Assembly (NCBI RefSeq): GCF_009914755.1
Contig: NC_060940.1
Origin: the human T2T-CHM13v2.0 reference genome, Homo sapiens
Strand: one strand, 5' to 3'
DNA: 64,000 nucleotides
Shown: positions 56,577 to 64,000 of the stretch, in pieces
Numbering within the stretch: position 1 is the stretch's first letter
How the letters are laid out: every line of letters begins with the position of its first letter
Notes under the pieces: model-generated
Told to the model about the DNA's origin: nothing
Databases searched by the model: none
Seen by the model: only the letters and a program-made list of their open reading frames with translations
Made by a program: the position numbers and the translations under genes

Positions 56577-56836
56577 TAGTGGCTAGAGTCAGCTTGTCCA
56601 GGCTCAGAGCCCACTGTGCCTCATTTAAGATAACTCTGCAACCAGTGGCCTCTACAGTAGCTTGAAATTGGTGGGAGTAGTTACACCATGGAAATTGGCC
56701 ATGGTGGGTGGAGTTACACCACGGAAATTGGCCATAGCAGGAGTATTTACACCATGGAAATTGGCAAGCACTATAAATCAGGACTCCTCAAGCTGATTTA
56801 ACAGCTTGTTTTTAAACATTTTAACAGCACTCCACT
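56577..56836 (+). mobile_element. MER63-like hAT element with an internal triplication
   Basis: gtagcttgaaattgg...ggagtatttacaccatggaaattggcaa...aaatcagg...cagcactccactg. Confidence 0.6.
56674..56772. repeat. 33-bp x3 diverged tandem repeat
   Basis: ttacaccayggaaattggc recurs at 56681, 56714, 56747. Confidence 0.9.
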
Positions 56837-58622
56837 GGCTGACTCAGGGCATAGACACATGGCTATTTTACCTAGAACTGAGTCTTTATGAATGCCAATT
56901 TGGTACAAAACAAGAGGGAAGAAAAAGGCTGAACTCACTCCAGCCTATACAATAATACTAACAGCTTCTCTAGGTGATTTTCTACCTCTTTTGGGAAAAT
57001 AATTCGGGTACTCTGGCTTCTAAGCTCCTCTCTGAGGCAGCGCTGGAGTAAATGGGGTGGGACGTGGGGGTGCTGCTGTAGGTGCCTGGCTCTTGTGGAA
57101 GGTGTCCTTGTCTGCTGGTTACTACTGACCTCGCTGGCATCTTAAACAGGTGAACTCATGCTCTGGTCTCCCTCGGCCTGGTCACTCTCTGGGCCTGGCT
57201 CAGCCTTGCCCTCCCCCAGCCTTCTGGCCTCATTAGGCCTCCCTCATCTGCTGTGGAGTCTCCTGGCCTGTTCTGAGAGGGAAGTGCCTGGGTTGTGTCC
57301 ACACCTCGAGGGAGGGGAAGGCAGCTCAGAAAGCCCATGCAGCTCCTCTGCCGGACCACGACTACCCACCCTACTTTGCTCATCCAGTTGGATGGAGAGC
57401 GAGCAGGGGATCTATTTCCAGGTTCTTAAGGGGAATTGGGGCAGAGATAACCTCTTCCTTTAGCCTCCTCTTATTCCTTTATCTTACACCTTTCCCAGCC
57501 AAGATGTGAAGGAGAGAGGTCAGGACACACATCCAGCTTCACCTCTCGCCCATCTGTCTCTCTCACCTTCCTCCTCCTGCATCTGCCAATGTTTTTCAAT
57601 GTTTTCATGCTACCAGTCATGACCCATTCCTGGGGGAGTGACTGAAGTCAGGGGGTTATGACCAGCATTAATACAAATTTAAAAAGAATTTTAAAAATGA
57701 GAAAATATCACACATAACAAGGCTAAGAATTGTTTTCTAAAATTTGTTTTGTGTACGTGTCTGTGTGCACACACAAATGTCTTGCTGTGGGTCATGGAAA
57801 AAATATGTGACAGCCACTCTTCTGCATGATATTCTATCACAGAGCAACAGGCTGAATATCCCAAGGGACACAGGGCTGTCTTCTCCACACGAGAGATCTC
57901 CAAGCACTGAGGCTCCCTAGCCTAGCTCTTGACATGCTGAGTACATTTTTCTTTAAAAAAAAAAAAAAAAAAAGGAGGAAATCCTCAAGACAAGTCTGGT
58001 TTGCCATGCAAAATCCAGTTATGAATGTCAAAACCTGAGCATAATTCTTTCTCTTGCATTTCCACTGTAAACAAGCGTGACCTCTCCCACTCCCCGAAGA
58101 TGACCAATGCCTCTGGCCAGCTGGGGAGAGGCTCATTTTCAGAAAGGCCAAAGAAAAAAGGCATATATTTGTTCAAACAATGTGTCTTCTTCCATGCTAA
58201 TGGTGTAAGAGGCTGTTGGGCTGACCCCCCATCTATGGGGCCCTCCTTGCTTCGCCAGCGGTGCATGGGTAGTGATGGACACTGAGCTACATTTTCTCAA
58301 GAGGTACTCAGAGCTATACTGATCTGCATCTGAGAAGCCTCCACTGTCCATCCTGTTGCCAATGCCATGAGCCACACTTGGCTTTAATGAGCAAATCTAT
58401 GTGCGATTGTGCAAAAGCCAAGTTAAGTGGCTCAGAGGTTCCTTCCACCAGGACTAAGCCAGGTTGTTCTTGTAATCACTTTTTGCCACCTCCCCTTCCC
58501 TCTAGACTGTTTTAGGAGGGTAGAGAATATGTCTGCTTAACTCATCCTCACCCTCAGTCCTAGCAGAGCATCCAAGGCATTTGGTAGGCGTTCAATGAAG
58601 TTGTGTAGAATAAATGAATGTG

Positions 58623-58920
<298 letters not shown>

Positions 58921-58993
58921 GAATAATGTGAATGTGAACTTATGTGGGAGAAGTGGCAAATCTCCTATATTCCTTTAAAGTATTTCTCTAATG

Positions 58994-59212
58994 CTGGGGT
59001 GTCCAATCTTTTGGCTTCCCTGGACCACATTGGAAGAATTGTCTTGGCTCACACATAAAAAATACACTAACACTACCAATAGCTGATGAGCTTTAAAAAA
59101 ATTCCCCAAAAATCTCATAATGTTTTAAGAAAGTTTACAAATTTGGGTTGGGCCTCATTCAAAGCCGTCCTAGGTCACGTGCAGCCCATGGGTCAAAGGT
59201 TGGACAAGCTTG
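58994..59212 (+). mobile_element. MER30 (hAT-Charlie) MITE
   Basis: ggggtgtccaatcttttggcttccctgg...ttggacaagcttg, with perfect 8-bp TSD CTCTAATG (58986-58993, 59213-59220). Confidence 0.9.
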
Positions 59213-59949
59213 CTCTAATGGGTTCCAGGGAATATTATTAAGTTCGGTGTCTCAACCATGTCACAACAATAAGGCCAAAACACTTCTTGTGTTTTCTTTT
59301 ACAAATTTGCAAACAGGCAGAAACCTGAGAGACAGATTAGGTGATTTCTGGTGTGCCAATCTTTTCATAAAACGTTATCACACTTTTGTTTGTTGTTTCA
59401 GAAGAGTATTTTAAGATCCCATCATTTAAAGTAAGTGTATAGCTCACTGTGCACCACAGCAAAGCATTGCATATCCTTTGTGTCTTTAAATACTACCATT
59501 ACTGCTAGTAAAAGTGAGATACACACCCATCAATATATTTTATGCCCTTCTGTTCAAGAATACATACAACGATAACATCATTCCCTATTTAACTCTGAAT
59601 ACTGGTCTGAGGGGAAAGTAAACAAGGCTATATATTTTTTGGAGTAATAGGTCTCTAAATTCTACAAAATTTCAAGGGATAAAATCAGTCAGATATATCT
59701 TAAATGCTAACTGCCATTTCCCTGTGCTCTTAACAGGATTGAAAACCTCAGCGGTAGGATATTCAGTGTCTATAAGATATATGTGTTCTAATCCTTGCTT
59801 TATGGCCTACAATAACCAAAACTTTATTTTAAATGAACAATTTTCCCAAAGTACCATTTTCAACACTATTTTCCTATTGCCTACGCACAGTGCAGACTTT
59901 GTAACCTGGCGCTGAAGACACATATAAGCTGAATCTTTGTTACTTCCCC

Positions 59950-60340
59950 AATCTTATTGACTCATTTGTATTAAGTTCCAGAATACATGTTAGGACTTTG
60001 GCAAGACAGACAAGACCTGTACAAGAAGGAAAAAAAAAAATTCCAGATCATGGTAGGTGCTGTGAAGGAAATATACAGGGTAAAAACAGACAGACAGCCC
60101 TTTGGATGCGAGAGGGTGGCTTTGGACAGAGATGTCAGGAAGGCCCCGGGGAGGAGCTATGGGATCTGAGGGTGAGCTGTGGGAAGGGCCAAGGTAGTCC
60201 CAAGGCCTTGGAAAGGGGAGTACTTGGCCTATTCAGAGTGAGTGAGTGGAGGGGGAGGGGTGGCCTGAGAAGAGGTATGTGTGGTTGGATCACAGAGGCC
60301 TCCAGAATCACAGTGAGAAATGTCAGTTTTGTGTTAGAGA
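59950..60340 (-). mobile_element. L2 relic
   Basis: tttggacagagatgtcaggaaggcc, aaggccttggaaagggga. Confidence 0.45.
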
Positions 60341-60560
60341 AATTTGAAGTTAAACATTGCATAGTGGCTTTATTCATCATTGCCAAAAGACAGGGAAAAG
60401 CTCAAATGTTCCTCACCTGGTGGACGGGTAGGCAAACTCTGCACACCCATTTAAAGGCATACTACTCAGTAATGAAAAGGAACAATGGGTACACGCAACA
60501 ACATGGGTGAATTTCAGACGCGTTATGCCAAGGGACAAAAGCCAGACTTTGGGGGAGTCA

Positions 60561-61466
<906 letters not shown>

Positions 61467-61781
61467 GCAGACCCTCAACACTTCAGAGCCTCAGTTTCCC
61501 TCACCTGCTAAAGTTGCGCCTAGGATCTCTAAGGTCCCTTCCATCTATAAATTGTTAGTCATCATTCTGTGATGACATACTACTTCTTGTGTGACAAGTT
61601 GGGAGCTCCCTCAATCCCTGAAGCACATGCCCACGCCTCTCCCAGGGTCATTTGGATACCACCTATGTGATTTATGCCACATCTGCTGGCCACCTGCTCT
61701 ACTGGTCGTTTATCCTGTTCCTTCAAACGAACTCACTTTTTAAAACAAATTTAAATGGGTTTATTTTAAAAGTAAACTTTT

Positions 61782-62409
<628 letters not shown>

Positions 62410-63344
62410 TAGAAGTAAACTTTATATCACAGTGATAAATGGGGAAAAAATATCAGTGAGACCAGCTAATTAGAAGCCAACTAAAAAATAAATACCATGA
62501 AAGCAGAGCAATGTTGCCAATTTCTGGTTTGATACTATTACAGCTGGAGACTTGAGTCTGTCTGCTTGCTTTTTTTTTTTTTTAAAAGGAGGTGTGATTG
62601 AAGAGAGGTGTTAAAGACTTATTAGCTCCAAACTAAGACTTTCTGCTTGCTGTCTCTGAAGGCTTAAAAGATAATTGAAAAGGGAATAACTTTGTCCTTT
62701 GGTGACTCAGTGTTGTTAATGCCGTGTCTACCTAATACAATTTCCCATTACATACAGGTACACCTCCCACACTTTGAGAAACATCAAATTTGGCGTGCAT
62801 TGTAATAATTTATATAGGAGCTGGTTCCTTTGCTTCCCCTGACTGAACTCCCAGAGGCCAGGTGCATTCTGGTTTCTCTATCTCTGCAGCCCTACCAGAC
62901 GTCCCTTCTGACCTCCTGGCAGAGGGCTTGGCGGCATCTAGAGCAGGTCAAGCCTTATGGAGGTGTGATAAGAGTGAGTCAGGGAACGAAGCAGGGGCAG
63001 CCACCATCACCAGCAAGAGGAGATCTCAGTCCTGGTTGCTGTTGCACTAAATTAATGAGCTTTGTCTGACGTTCTAAAGAGTGGGGAAAGGGGCACAGCA
63101 AAGGAGGAGTCAGGCCTAAGTTCAAGTGCTGTTTTGCGATGATTTTCAGAGACACTCAAGTCTCTCAGTGGGTATAAGTCTACAAAACAGTAATTACAGA
63201 ACGAATGCTTAAAATAAGTAAACGTTTTAGAGAATTTTTTAAATGAAAAAACACGAGGTTTAGCGTCTCTCATACTTTTTTCATGAAAAATTAGAGCCGA
63301 GCCACCCCTGCAATGGGACAAATGGAGGCCCTACCTGGACAGCT

Positions 63345-63433
63345 CATAGCAGACACCCTGGGGGTGCAGCTGGCCTCCATAGTTTAAAACCTCCCCTGGT
63401 GATTCTGACAGGCAGCCAAGGCTGAGAACACTG
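63345..63433. mobile_element. MER5-like fragment
   Basis: cctcccctggtgattctga...ccaaggctgagaacactg. Confidence 0.5.
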
Positions 63434-63574
63434 GATCAGAAAATTCACAAATAAAGAGAAAAACTTGGCCCAGATGAATGTGTTTGCTCATTACCACATC
63501 GGCCCCCTCTGTACCAGATAACTCCTTGTGCCCCAAAACACACATCTCATCTCCATTTTGTGGCCTTTGAAAAT

Positions 63575-64000
63575 AAGTCAGCTATACTCTCAACGTCATT
63601 CGCCATTAGGGAAATGCTAATTAAAACCACAATGAGGTGCCACTTCACACCCAGTAGAATGATTATTATCAAAAAATGAAAAATAACAAGTGTTGGCAAA
63701 GATGTGAAGAAATTGGAACCCTCGGGCATTGCTGATGGGAACGTAAATGGTGTAGCTGTGATGGAAAATGTGGTGGTTCCTCAAAAAGCTAAATGTAGAA
63801 TTATCATATGACCCTGCAATTTCACACCTACGTATATCCAGAAGAATTGAAAACAGGGACCCAGGCAAGTACCTGTACACACACAGTAGCCAAGTGGTAG
63901 GAACAATTCAAGTGTCCATCCACAAATGAGTGGATAAACAAAGTGGTGTACACATATACAATTATTCAGCCACAAAAAGGAATTGAGCATTATTCAGCCA
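63575..64000 (+). mobile_element. L1M (MB-like) 3' region running off the window
   Basis: cattagggaaatgctaattaaaaccacaatgag, ataacaagtgttggcaaagatgtg, gaccctgcaattt. Confidence 0.85.

Noticed and set aside
56674-56772. CRISPR-like repeat-spacer array
   Set aside because: Eukaryotic context, three units only, linkers resemble each other, lies inside a DNA-transposon relic, no cas genes
63961-64000. attattcagcca repeated at the window edge
   Set aside because: Inside an L1 relic and cut by the window end; its extent cannot be judged

Overview
Primate (human-like) genomic DNA. It matches the RBL2/AKTIP locus (human 16q12.2, from recall; the species cannot be fixed without alignment). The + strand carries the last five coding exons of RBL2 (p130; exons 18-22, 4962-16103) and its 3' UTR to about 17455. 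The - strand carries the complete AKTIP gene (CpG-island promoter at about 29.0 kb, nine coding exons 26062->18216, 292/293 aa), arranged tail-to-tail with RBL2. The 30-64 kb half is intergenic and shows no supportable gene. It holds a full-length THE1 MaLR provirus with TSD, solo MaLR LTRs, L1/L2/MIR relics, DNA-transposon fossils, a CTCF-like site and several repeat-free blocks that look like conserved enhancers. About 43 Alus are spread across the window. Most long ORFs in the track are Alu- or CpG-island artefacts. I see no convincing new protein-coding system. The best leads are regulatory: a poly(A) signal readable on both strands with APA-dependent sense/antisense overlap, three uORFs in the AKTIP leader, recursive-splice-like AKTIP exons, a possible stop-free circRBL2, a DUX4-motif THE1 pointing at AKTIP, and an old L2 fragment inside a younger LTR. 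Repeat subfamily calls are by eye and repeat boundaries are approximate.
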